A stretch of 64,000 bases of DNA from positions 300 to 64,299 of the forward strand of contig DATGTQ010000130.1 of NCBI GenBank assembly GCA_035301805.1, in the 5' to 3' direction. The DNA is from Tissierellales bacterium. Its GTDB lineage: Bacteria; Bacillota; Clostridia; Tissierellales; DATGTQ01. The position numbers and the translations under genes are program-made. Below the pieces are notes generated by a model, which was not told the DNA's origin, did no database searches, and saw only the letters and a list, made by a program, of their open reading frames with translations. Positions 43,221 through 52,081 of the stretch are shown piece after piece (position 1 is the first letter of the stretch; every line of letters starts with the position of its first letter).

Positions 43221-43616
43221 ATGGGAAAATTGGTGACATTATTTATTTTAACACCTATTATAGACCTATATATTTTAATTAAGGCTTCCAAATCTATGGG
43301 ATTTTGGACCACTGTATTACTTATTATAATTACGGGAATCGCTGGATATTTTTTAGCTAAAAGTGAAGGAAAGGTTGTAGTAAGTAAAATTAACGAAGAG
43401 CTATCACAGGGGAATATTCCAGGGGAAGATATTTTAAATGGTTTTTGTATATTAATAGGCGGGTTCCTTCTTTTATTGCCAGGAATTTTAACAGATATAG
43501 TAGGAATTACTATGATATTACCTGGAGCAAGAGATTTATATAAAGAGTATATAAGAAGAAAGTTTACAAGTATGATAGAAAGAGGAGATAGAACTTTATT
43601 TTTTAGATGGTATTAG
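43221..43616 (+). CDS. fxsA: FxsA family membrane protein
   Basis: LFILTPIIDLYILIKASKSMGFWTTVLLIIITGIAGYFLAKSEG...LLLPGILTD. Confidence 0.8.
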   Translation: MGKLVTLFILTPIIDLYILIKASKSMGFWTTVLLIIITGIAGYFLAKSEGKVVVSKINEELSQGNIPGEDILNGFCILIGGFLLLLPGILTDIVGITMILPGARDLYKEYIRRKFTSMIERGDRTLFFRWY

Positions 43617-43637
43617 CCTTTATTCAAAGAGGATGTT

Positions 43638-43670
43638 GGGAAATGGATAGCTACAACTATTTCCCTTTTT
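43638..43670 (+). terminator. Rho-independent terminator of fxsA
   Basis: gggaaat-(14 nt)-atttccc followed by ttttt. Confidence 0.6.
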
Positions 43671-43805
43671 GTTATAGTGAAAATTAGAATACAAAATGAC
43701 ATTTTTGGAATTTATAAATTATATAGATTTCAAGATTGTAATAAGTGTAAGTATATGGCAAAATGTTTATACAGATATAAAGAAGAAAAAGATATAGATA
43801 AAAAT

Positions 43806-43865
43806 AAAGAGTGCTTAGGAATTTGCTTCTTAAAAGAAGTTAGTTCCTAAGCACTCTTTATTTTA
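43806..43865 (+). terminator. Long near-perfect hairpin (orphan terminator-like element)
   Basis: aaagagtgcttaggaa (43806-43821) pairs perfectly with ttcctaagcactcttt (43844-43859). There is an inner cttctt-aa-aagaag stem, and attttag follows. No annotated gene ends here. Confidence 0.5.
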
Positions 43866-44048
43866 GGCCTGAGGGATTAAAACTTGCTTTTTCCCGACAG
43901 CTATTTTTATGTTTTTCAACCTATAAGGGATATTAATAACTTTAAAAAAGCTATTAATATTTCCAATTATAAATATATTTTATTCTGTGTTATAATTCAT
44001 ATGCTAGGTAAACATTTAACACTATACTATAAAAAAGGAGGCTAGTTC

Positions 44049-45014
44049 ATGAAGGAAAGTAATAGAAAAAGATTAAGTTTAATAATGGTTTTAGTATTAG
44101 TATTGTCTCTTTCTTTAATTGGATGTTCAAAAGATGCAGGAACAAATGAGGTTAAAGATCTCAATAAGAATGTAGAAGAAAATATTAAATTTGAAGACGA
44201 TACATATATTGTAGATGCTGAGTGGTTAAAGGAAAACATGGAGAAGGAAAATTTATTAATATTAGATGCTAGGGGGCAAGAAGCTTATGATAAGGGACAT
44301 ATACCAGGTGCAATAGCTGTTATGTGGCAACAGTTTGCTGATATTGATGGAACTCCAGGAGAAGATCTAAACTGGGGAACAGTCCTTGAGCCAGACACTT
44401 TATCCCAAAGGTTTTCTGAAGTTGGGATAGACGAGGATAAAGAGATAGTAGTTTATACCAACACAAAAAAAGGTTGGGGAGAAGATGGAAGAATTGTATG
44501 GATGCTTAGAAGATCAGGATTGGATAATACAAAAATCTTAGACGGTGGATGGGACTATTGGAAATCAGAAGGCTATGAGGTATCAAAGGAACCAGTAGAA
44601 CCAACGTCTACAAATTTTAAAGTAAAAGAGTTAGACTCTAAAACAAATATAGAAACTGAAGAATTAGTTAATAAAGTAGACGATGTAGTTATTATAGATG
44701 TAAGAGAAAAAGATGAGTATGAAGGAGCTACAAAGTATGGAGAAGTAAGAGGTGGACATTTACCAGGAGCAATCAATATACCATTTAATAGCTTTTTAGA
44801 GAAAAACGGTACAATAAAAAATCCAGAAGAAATTAAAGCCATACTTGAAGAAAATGGAGTTAATAAAGATGATGAAATAGTTACATATTGTACAGCGGGT
44901 ATTCGTTCAGCTCATATGCAGATAGTCTTAACTATGTTAGGATATGATAATGTACAGAACTTTGATGCAAGTTTTCATGCATGGGCCGGGAGCCCAGAGC
45001 TTGAATTAGAGTAA
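44049..45014 (+). CDS. Exported tandem-rhodanese sulfurtransferase lipoprotein (YnjE/thiosulfate sulfurtransferase-like)
   Basis: Lipobox LIGC. Two rhodanese domains: the first is inactive-type, and the second carries the catalytic loop YCTAGIRSAH (C-x2-G-x-R). AAGGAGG SD. Confidence 0.8.
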   Translation: MKESNRKRLSLIMVLVLVLSLSLIGCSKDAGTNEVKDLNKNVEENIKFEDDTYIVDAEWLKENMEKENLLILDARGQEAYDKGHIPGAIAVMWQQFADIDGTPGEDLNWGTVLEPDTLSQRFSEVGIDEDKEIVVYTNTKKGWGEDGRIVWMLRRSGLDNTKILDGGWDYWKSEGYEVSKEPVEPTSTNFKVKELDSKTNIETEELVNKVDDVVIIDVREKDEYEGATKYGEVRGGHLPGAINIPFNSFLEKNGTIKNPEEIKAILEENGVNKDDEIVTYCTAGIRSAHMQIVLTMLGYDNVQNFDASFHAWAGSPELELE

Positions 45015-45035
45015 TTAAAAGGAGAGATGTATAAA

Positions 45036-45479
45036 ATGAAAAAATTTACTGTAGCAGTAATTGCATTGTTAACATTGACACTATTAATGACAGGCTGTGG
45101 AAAAAAAGAAACGGATGGAGTTGCTGACGAATTTAAATATCATACTGCAGAAGAAGTAAAAGAATTTATTGAAAAAGATGAGGATATGATTCTATTAGAT
45201 ATTCAACCTGAAGAAGATTGGGACAAACACCATATTAAAGGAGCTATAGCAACTTATGCTTTCCCTGCAGATGATGATGAAGGCAAAGCAAAGTTAGATG
45301 AAGTTCTACCTACTCTTGAAGAATCAGAAGATAAGATAATAATAATATGCCCTCGTGGTGGTGGTGGAGCTGAAAATACCCATAAATACTTAGTAGAAAA
45401 AGGTATAAAAGAAGATCGTCTTTATATATTAGAAAAAGGTCAAGAGGGTTGGCCATATGATGAACTTTTAGAAGATTAA
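45036..45479 (+). CDS. Exported single-domain rhodanese-like lipoprotein
   Basis: Lipobox MTGC. Rhodanese fold (LLDIQPEEDWDKHHIKGA) with the Cys loop ICPRGGGGAE. ATG 45036 lies 9 nt after AAGGAGAG. Confidence 0.75.
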   Translation: MKKFTVAVIALLTLTLLMTGCGKKETDGVADEFKYHTAEEVKEFIEKDEDMILLDIQPEEDWDKHHIKGAIATYAFPADDDEGKAKLDEVLPTLEESEDKIIIICPRGGGGAENTHKYLVEKGIKEDRLYILEKGQEGWPYDELLED

Positions 45480-45500
45480 AGTAAATTTAAGAAAGGCTGA

Positions 45501-46232
45501 TTGATAAGATTGAGAAAGTTAAGCAAATCTGTATGGATTAAAATAGGTGTTCTTGTGGTAGTTGCATTAATATGTATATTTGTAACACCAGTTAGAAATG
45601 GAATTAAAAACATTGTCCATTTATTTAGTCTTTTAGATGTGGAAGCTGTAAAAGAATATATACTATCTTTTGGGATATGGGCGCCAGTAATATCTTTTTT
45701 TCTAATGATCTTCCAGTCAATAGCTGCGCCACTTCCTGCATTTTTAATAACCTTTGCAAACGCTAGTTTATTTGGTTGGGTAAAAGGAGCAATATTATCC
45801 TGGTCTAGTGCAATGGCAGGTGCGGCACTGTGTTTCTATATTTCAAGGATTTATGGCCGGAATGCAGCTGAAAAGTTTACTAGTAAATTTGCCCTAGATG
45901 AAATAGAAAAGTTTTTTGAAAGATATGGTGATTATGCAATTCTTATAGCAAGATTATTACCTTTCATATCTTTTGATATTGTAAGTTATGCAGCAGGTCT
46001 TACCCCTATGAATTTTTGGTCATTTTTCTGGGCTACAGGATTAGGACAACTTCCCGCAACTTTGATCTATTCTTATGTTGGGGGAATGCTTACAGGAGGA
46101 GTAAAAAAATTTGTAACTGGACTTCTAATTCTATTTTCATTAAGTGCTTTAATATTCTTAATGAAGAAAATTTACAATGATAGAACTGCCAAAAAAGAAA
46201 CGAAGATGAAAACTGCTGAAAAGAATCAGTAA
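45501..46232 (+). CDS. TVP38/TMEM64 (DedA superfamily, SNARE-associated PF09335-like) membrane protein
   Basis: ...FFLMIFQSIAAPLPAFLITFANASLFG...RLLPFISFDIVSYAAGLTPMNFWSF... is the typical TVP38 core. The start (TTG 45501 or 45510) is uncertain. Confidence 0.7.
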   Translation: MIRLRKLSKSVWIKIGVLVVVALICIFVTPVRNGIKNIVHLFSLLDVEAVKEYILSFGIWAPVISFFLMIFQSIAAPLPAFLITFANASLFGWVKGAILSWSSAMAGAALCFYISRIYGRNAAEKFTSKFALDEIEKFFERYGDYAILIARLLPFISFDIVSYAAGLTPMNFWSFFWATGLGQLPATLIYSYVGGMLTGGVKKFVTGLLILFSLSALIFLMKKIYNDRTAKKETKMKTAEKNQ

Positions 46233-46240
46233 TTTAATAA

Positions 46241-46273
46241 AAAGGGGTTGTTTCTAGTAGAGACAATCCTTTT
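46241..46273 (+). terminator. Possible weak internal terminator or attenuator hairpin
   Basis: aaaggggttgtttc-tagta-gagacaatcctttt forms a 14-bp stem including 3 G-U pairs, with only a short U tract. Confidence 0.3.
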
Positions 46274-46293
46274 AGCTTGATAAGGGTGAAAAT

Positions 46294-47445
46294 ATGGAAA
46301 AGATTAATATTGAAAAAAGAATCTTAGATAGAATCAACATAGAGTATGAGAAATGTATAGGCTGTAAACTATGTATGAAAGGCTGTCCTATGCTAGATGA
46401 GTTTTGTGATTCTCCAAAAGAATTATTAGGGAAATTGATAGGAGAAGGAAAAGTAGATTACAAACTGCCTTATTCATGTTTACTTTGTGGTTATTGTACA
46501 AAAGTTTGTCCTAAAGATGTGGACCTAAAAAAATTATTTTTCCAGTTGAGAAATAATATTATTAAGGAATCAAATGGAGAACCTCCTAAAGAATTAGGTT
46601 ATGCATCGATAAAATTTCATCAAAAAAATAGTTTCTCCAAATTATTTAGCACAGATATAAAAGGTATGGATAATGATTCTGATATTATCTTTTTTCCCGG
46701 CTGTAGCTTAATGGCTTATAGCCCTAAAATAGTTGAGAAAACCTATGAATATTTAAAAGATAATATACCTGGTATGGGAATTTATATAAAATGTTGTGGT
46801 AAACCAACTTTATTTATGGGAGACGAAAAAAGGTTTATTAAATATTATGACATAATAAAGGAAGATTTTGAAAAAAATAGTGTGAAACGAGTAATAACAG
46901 CCTGCCCTAATTGTTTTAATACTATAAAAAATACTAGCGAGAATGTGAAAGTAATATCTCTATGGGATGTTATATCAGAAGTTGGAGTTCCTAAAAATGT
47001 AAAGGGGAAAGGGGAAAATGTTGAACTAACTTTTTCTATACATGATCCATGCCCTACAAGAGATGAAAGAAAGACTCACAATGCCATTAGAAATATTTTA
47101 GATGGAATAGGGCTTAAGTATAAAGAAAATGAGTTTTCTGGAGAAGAAACTCTTTGCTGTGGAGCAGGGGGGATGGTTTTTTTAGCTAACGAATCCATAG
47201 CTCTAGGTCAAAAGAAGAAAAGAGCTACTGAATTAGAAGAAGAGCATATAATAACCTATTGTGAAGAATGTGTTCAGTCTATGAAAAGTGGGGGTAAAAA
47301 ATCCTTTCATGTTCTAGATTTATTATTCCATGAGGAAATATATGAAAGCTTCAATCAAAAAGATGTAAGTTTTATAGGTAAATGGATAAATAGGTATAAG
47401 GGAAGGGCAAGGATAAAATGGAAAAATCAAGACAAGGAGTATTAA
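46294..47445 (+). CDS. (Fe-S)-binding protein: two 4Fe-4S ferredoxin motifs plus two CCG domains (HdrD/GlpC/LutA-like)
   Basis: CIGCKLCMKGCP and CLLCGYCTKVCP. CCG-type cysteines follow: FFPGCSL...IKCCGKP and HDPCP...TLCCGAGG. Confidence 0.75.
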   Translation: MEKINIEKRILDRINIEYEKCIGCKLCMKGCPMLDEFCDSPKELLGKLIGEGKVDYKLPYSCLLCGYCTKVCPKDVDLKKLFFQLRNNIIKESNGEPPKELGYASIKFHQKNSFSKLFSTDIKGMDNDSDIIFFPGCSLMAYSPKIVEKTYEYLKDNIPGMGIYIKCCGKPTLFMGDEKRFIKYYDIIKEDFEKNSVKRVITACPNCFNTIKNTSENVKVISLWDVISEVGVPKNVKGKGENVELTFSIHDPCPTRDERKTHNAIRNILDGIGLKYKENEFSGEETLCCGAGGMVFLANESIALGQKKKRATELEEEHIITYCEECVQSMKSGGKKSFHVLDLLFHEEIYESFNQKDVSFIGKWINRYKGRARIKWKNQDKEY

Positions 47446-48110
47446 AATATGTATTTGCTTTTATTATAATAGGGGTAATAATTTTTATTCTTAATAAATT
47501 TAATATTTTTAAAGGCTATGGGGCTAATGAAATGAAAGAATATGTAAAATCTTTTGGGGTATGGGCTCCTATAATTTATTTAGGAATACTTTCTATACTT
47601 CCTCTTCTTTTATTTCCAGACTCTGTAATGGTTATGGCTGGGGGAATGATTTTTGGTTTGTATAAAGGAACACTATTAACCTTATTGGGCTCTTTAATTG
47701 GGGGTACTGTGGCTTTTTGCATTTCTAGAAATCTAGGACAAAATGCAGTTAAGAAAATTATAAAAAAGGATTTAGTTTTGTTTAGAGAACAATCTGAGAA
47801 AAATGGATTTATTATAATATTACTTCTTAGACTTGTGCCCCTTTTTCCTTTTAAAGTAGTGAGTTATAGTGCTGGACTATCAGATATAAAATATAAAGAT
47901 TTCTTATTAGCTACTGCAATAGGAGCATTACCAGGAATGATTGTATATACCAATGTAGGAGATAAGTCTACTGCTATAGGTAGTACTAGCTTTTATATTT
48001 CCATAGGTCTATTATTATTGCTTATAGTTGTATCTCTATGGTTAAAAAAGAAATTTTCAACAAAAGACATAGGAGGGATTGAAAGTGAAGAGAAAGATGT
48101 TCAAAAATAG
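47418..48110 (+). CDS. TVP38/TMEM64 (DedA superfamily) membrane protein, second copy
   Basis: ...LLLFPDSVMVMAGGMIFG...RLVPLFPFKVVSYSAGLSDIKYKDF... Its start overlaps the end of the Fe-S gene by 28 nt. Confidence 0.7.
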   Translation: MEKSRQGVLKYVFAFIIIGVIIFILNKFNIFKGYGANEMKEYVKSFGVWAPIIYLGILSILPLLLFPDSVMVMAGGMIFGLYKGTLLTLLGSLIGGTVAFCISRNLGQNAVKKIIKKDLVLFREQSEKNGFIIILLLRLVPLFPFKVVSYSAGLSDIKYKDFLLATAIGALPGMIVYTNVGDKSTAIGSTSFYISIGLLLLLIVVSLWLKKKFSTKDIGGIESEEKDVQK

Positions 48111-49335
48111 TTTAATACTTTTATTAATAGGAATTTTAGCATTAAATTTAGTTGGTTGTGGGAAAAAAGAAATAAATGATGAAGATGTATTAGAAAAGGA
48201 TTGGGATGAAATATTAGAAGTTGCAAAAGGGACTACTGTTAATTTTTATGGTTGGGGTGGTAGTCAACAATATAATTCTTGGGTTGACGGATATTTATCA
48301 GACAAGCTTAAAGAAGAATATGATATAACCCTTAATAGAGTAGGTATGGACATAGATGAGATACTAAATAAATTATTAAATGAGAAGCAAGTAGATGCAA
48401 AAGATGGAGATATAGATATGGTTTGGATAAATGGGGAAAACTTTTTTACTGCAAAAGAAAACGACTTATTATTTGGTCCTTTTACAGACAAGCTTCCAAA
48501 CTTTGAAAAATATTTAGATGTGGATTCTGTTGAAGTTAAATATGACTTTGGTTATCCCGTGGAAGGTTATGAATCTCCTTATGGAAAAGCTCAATTTGTG
48601 TTGGTATGTGATAGTGAGAAAGTAGAGGAACCTCCTAAGGGTCATGAAGAATTATTCAATTGGGCTAAAGAAAACCCTGGCAAATTTACTTATCCTGCAT
48701 TACCTGATTTTACAGGTTCTGTATTTGTCAGAAATATTATATGTGACATAGTCGGTTATGAACAATTTATGGATATGGAAGCAGACGAAGAAACAGTAAG
48801 AGAAGCTATTGAACCTGCAATGGATTATTTAAAAGAATTAAAACCTTATTTATGGAAGGAAGGAAAAACTTATCCAGCTGACTCTGCATTATTAGATAAT
48901 ATGTATGCAGATGGAGAAGTAGTAATGACTATGACTTACAATCCTAATTCTCCTTCAGGGAAAATAGTTACAGGAGAGTATCCAGATTCTACAAAAACTT
49001 TTGTATTTGACAAAGGAACTGTAGGAAACACTCATTTTATAGGGATACCTTTTAATGCACAGAATAAAGCTGGAGCTATGGCAGCTATAGATTATATATT
49101 AAATGTTGAAGTTCAAGCATCAAAGTATGTGCCTGGAAACTGGGGGGATTTACCAGTTGTGGACAATAATAAATTAAGTGCTGAAGAAAAAGAAATTTTA
49201 GAATCAGTAGATCTAGGTAAAGCAACTCTTCCTCAAGATGTATTAGCAGAACATAGGATACCAGAAATACCAGCTGATTTAGTACCTATTATAGAAAAAA
49301 TTTGGATGGAAACTATTCCAGGCGAGAGTGATTAG
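48085..49335 (+). CDS. ABC transporter substrate-binding lipoprotein, YnjB (COG4134) family
   Basis: Lipobox LVGC. Colinear with E. coli YnjB as I remember it: FYGWGGS, DMVWINGENF, FTYPALPDFTGSVF, LKPYLWKEGKTYP, GNTHFIGIP, NWGD. GTG 48085 lies 7 nt after AGGAGGG and overlaps the upstream gene. Confidence 0.75.
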   Translation: MKRKMFKNSLILLLIGILALNLVGCGKKEINDEDVLEKDWDEILEVAKGTTVNFYGWGGSQQYNSWVDGYLSDKLKEEYDITLNRVGMDIDEILNKLLNEKQVDAKDGDIDMVWINGENFFTAKENDLLFGPFTDKLPNFEKYLDVDSVEVKYDFGYPVEGYESPYGKAQFVLVCDSEKVEEPPKGHEELFNWAKENPGKFTYPALPDFTGSVFVRNIICDIVGYEQFMDMEADEETVREAIEPAMDYLKELKPYLWKEGKTYPADSALLDNMYADGEVVMTMTYNPNSPSGKIVTGEYPDSTKTFVFDKGTVGNTHFIGIPFNAQNKAGAMAAIDYILNVEVQASKYVPGNWGDLPVVDNNKLSAEEKEILESVDLGKATLPQDVLAEHRIPEIPADLVPIIEKIWMETIPGESD

Positions 49336-50201
49336 TGTTGAAGGGCAAAATAAAACCTTATATTTTAATAACTCCTATTATGATTATTATATTAGGAATA
49401 TTTGTTACAGGTTTAATTATGGGATTTATTCAAAGCTTAGGTCATTTCAAAGCTATAGGACTTAATGGATTTACACTGAAGTACTATAAAGAAGTGTTAA
49501 CAAGTAAAGATTTTTTATCTTCTTTAGGCTTTAGTTTTTATATATCAATAGTTTCTTCAGTAATTGCTATAGTATTAGGAATACTTTTATCTTATTCTAT
49601 ATTCAGGATTGATAGTAAGAGAAAAACTATAGACTTTATGTATAAGTTTCCCATCATAGTACCTCATATTGTGGCTGTATTACTTGTATATAATATATTG
49701 GTTCAAAATGGAATACTTCCTAGAATTTTATATTTTATTGGTTTAATAAAGGAGCCCTTTCAATTTCCATCCCTTCTATATGAGAAGAATGGAGTTGGAA
49801 TAATCATAGCTTACCTGTGGAAGGAGGTACCTTTTGTGGCTATGGTTACTTATACAATTTTAGGCAATTTAAGTTATAATCTTTCTGAAGTAGCCCTGAA
49901 TCTTGGGGCTACTAATAGACAGGTGTTTTTTCACGTATTTCTTCCATTAATAATGCCATCAGTATTGTCAGCTTTTATAATAATATTTGCATTTTCTTTT
50001 GGAGCTTATGAGGTGCCCTTTCTTTTGGGAGCTACATCTCCAAAAGCATTATCTGTTAAAGCTTTTATAGAATATAGTAATCCTGATTTAACTAATAGAC
50101 CTTATGCTATGGTTATAAATATGATACTGACCTTTTTATCTTTTATTTTAGTAGGGTTCTATCAAAAGACTTTTGAGTTAATTTCTGAATATAAGGGGTG
50201 A
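49335..50201 (+). CDS. ABC transporter permease (YnjC N-half-like)
   Basis: Six predicted TMs and an EAA-type loop (...EVALNLGATNRQVFFHVFLPLIMP...). Its start abuts the SBP stop. Confidence 0.75.
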   Translation: MLKGKIKPYILITPIMIIILGIFVTGLIMGFIQSLGHFKAIGLNGFTLKYYKEVLTSKDFLSSLGFSFYISIVSSVIAIVLGILLSYSIFRIDSKRKTIDFMYKFPIIVPHIVAVLLVYNILVQNGILPRILYFIGLIKEPFQFPSLLYEKNGVGIIIAYLWKEVPFVAMVTYTILGNLSYNLSEVALNLGATNRQVFFHVFLPLIMPSVLSAFIIIFAFSFGAYEVPFLLGATSPKALSVKAFIEYSNPDLTNRPYAMVINMILTFLSFILVGFYQKTFELISEYKG

Positions 50202-50205
50202 TTAT

Positions 50206-51015
50206 TTGGATAACAAAAATTCATTTATATTTAAAATAATAACTTATATTTTCCTAATATTTTTAGTGTTGCCCCTTATAGTCATTGTTATCTGGAGTTT
50301 CACTAAAAATTGGCCTTGGCCAAATTTAATGCCAAAAGAATTTGGACTAAGAGGATGGAAGCATTTTTTTAATCCTTCTAGTAGGTCATTAGAAACACTT
50401 TTAAGTAGCATTTGGTTGTCTTTAGTCGTAACTATTATTGCTTTAATAATAAGCATTCCAGCTGGAAAGGCTTTAGGAATATATGATTTTAAAGGTAAAA
50501 AGGTAGTAGAACTTTTAATATTTGCACCAGTAATGGTTCCTACTGTTGCAATAGCTATGGGGATACATCTTTCCTTTTTAAAAGTAGGTCTTGCAAATAC
50601 TTTCCAAGGTGTTGTTCTAATTCATCTAATTCCTTGTATTCCCTATAGCGTAAGAATACTACAAAATGTCTTTGAAATAGTAGGAGATTCATTAGATATG
50701 CAAGCTAAGGTATTAGGGGCTAGTCCATTACAAGTCTTTATTCATGTAACTCTACCCTTAATAGCACCGGGAATAGTTTCAGCAGGTAGTATGGTTTTTA
50801 TAGTGTCTTTTAGTCAATATTTTTTAACGCTTTTAATTGGTGGAGGAAAAATTGTAACATTTTCTATGATTATGTTTCCCTTTATTCAAAGTGGAGATAG
50901 AATGATGGGGGCTGTTTATAGTATTGTATTTATTTTAGCCACTCTTATATGTTTAGGTATAATGGAAAAGGCTATTAAACATTTTTATAAAAGTGGAAAC
51001 TTCTTTTTTAGCTAG
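50206..51015 (+). CDS. ABC transporter permease (YnjC C-half-like)
   Basis: Polytopic, with an EAA-type loop (...MQAKVLGASPLQVFIHVTLPLIAP...). TTG start after AAGGGGTGA. Confidence 0.75.
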   Translation: MDNKNSFIFKIITYIFLIFLVLPLIVIVIWSFTKNWPWPNLMPKEFGLRGWKHFFNPSSRSLETLLSSIWLSLVVTIIALIISIPAGKALGIYDFKGKKVVELLIFAPVMVPTVAIAMGIHLSFLKVGLANTFQGVVLIHLIPCIPYSVRILQNVFEIVGDSLDMQAKVLGASPLQVFIHVTLPLIAPGIVSAGSMVFIVSFSQYFLTLLIGGGKIVTFSMIMFPFIQSGDRMMGAVYSIVFILATLICLGIMEKAIKHFYKSGNFFFS

Positions 51016-51047
51016 TTTAAATGAATTTAAGTTAAAGGAGTATTTAT

Positions 51048-52064
51048 ATGTCTAGAATTGATTTGCAAAATATATCTAAAAGCTTTGACAAAAAGAGGGT
51101 ATTAGATAATATTAATCTTGTAGTTCCAGAAGGGAAGTTAATATCCTTACTTGGACCCTCTGGATGTGGGAAAACGACAACTTTAAAAATTATTGCTGGT
51201 TTGTTAAATCCAGATGAAGGAGATATATTGCTTGAAGGTAGTTCCGTATTAAAGGTTCCAGTAGAGAAAAGGGGAGCTGTAATAGTGTTTCAAGATTATC
51301 TATTATTTCCTCATTTAAATGTGGGAGATAATATTGGTTTTGGTCTTAAAATGGCAAAGGTAGATAAAGAAATAATAAGAAAACAAGTTCAAAAAATGTT
51401 AAGATTAGTCCAATTAGAAGGATATGAAAAAAGAATGCCCCATGAATTGTCTGGAGGTCAGAAACAAAGAGTTGCTTTAGCTAGAGCATTAGCCATAGAG
51501 CCAAAAGTACTTCTTCTTGATGAACCATTTTCTAATTTGGATAGGAAGCTTAGAGAAGATATGAGAGATTTTATATTAAACTTACAAAGAAGGCTTAATA
51601 TTACAACTGTATTAGTCACTCATGATAAAGAGGAGGCTTTGATGACTTCAGATAAAATAGCAGTTATGTTAGATGGGAAAATAAAACAATCTGGTACACC
51701 TTTAGAATTATATGAAAAGCCATATTGTCCAGAAGTAGCAAATTTTCTTGGTGAAAAAAACTACATTAAAGGTAATATAATAGATGGGTATTTTATAAGT
51801 AATATTTTTAAAATTAAAACTGATGTTCCTAATGAAAAGAATGTAAAGGCTATGATAAAACCTGAAGAAATAAAATTATTACCCCTGAGTGGGACAAATA
51901 TAAAAGGTAAGGTAATAGTAAAGAGATATGCAGGAGATAGAATATATTATACAGTTAAAATAGGAAATGTTGAATTGAAGTCAATATCTGACTCCAATAC
52001 AATATTTGAACCAGGAGATGAAGTTTCTATTTTAATAGATTATGACAAGATGATATTTTTTTAA
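51048..52064 (+). CDS. ABC transporter ATP-binding protein (PotA/FbpC-type with C-terminal TOBE-like domain)
   Basis: GPSGCGKTT, LSGGQKQRVALARAL, LLLDEPFSNLD, THD, plus a C-terminal beta-rich domain of about 100 aa. Confidence 0.85.
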   Translation: MSRIDLQNISKSFDKKRVLDNINLVVPEGKLISLLGPSGCGKTTTLKIIAGLLNPDEGDILLEGSSVLKVPVEKRGAVIVFQDYLLFPHLNVGDNIGFGLKMAKVDKEIIRKQVQKMLRLVQLEGYEKRMPHELSGGQKQRVALARALAIEPKVLLLDEPFSNLDRKLREDMRDFILNLQRRLNITTVLVTHDKEEALMTSDKIAVMLDGKIKQSGTPLELYEKPYCPEVANFLGEKNYIKGNIIDGYFISNIFKIKTDVPNEKNVKAMIKPEEIKLLPLSGTNIKGKVIVKRYAGDRIYYTVKIGNVELKSISDSNTIFEPGDEVSILIDYDKMIFF

Positions 52065-52081
52065 AATAAGGAGCCATTAAT

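Noticed and set aside
43677-43850. Cys-rich 57-codon frame (..FQDCNKCKYMAKCLYRYKEEKDIDKNKECLGICFLKEVSS) between fxsA and the rhodanese cluster. I considered it as a small Cys-rich peptide gene.
   Set aside because: Neither GTG 43677 nor ATG 43755 has an SD. The GTG sits directly on the fxsA terminator tail. The last 15 codons are simply the two arms of the big hairpin, which explains the paired Cys and Leu codons.
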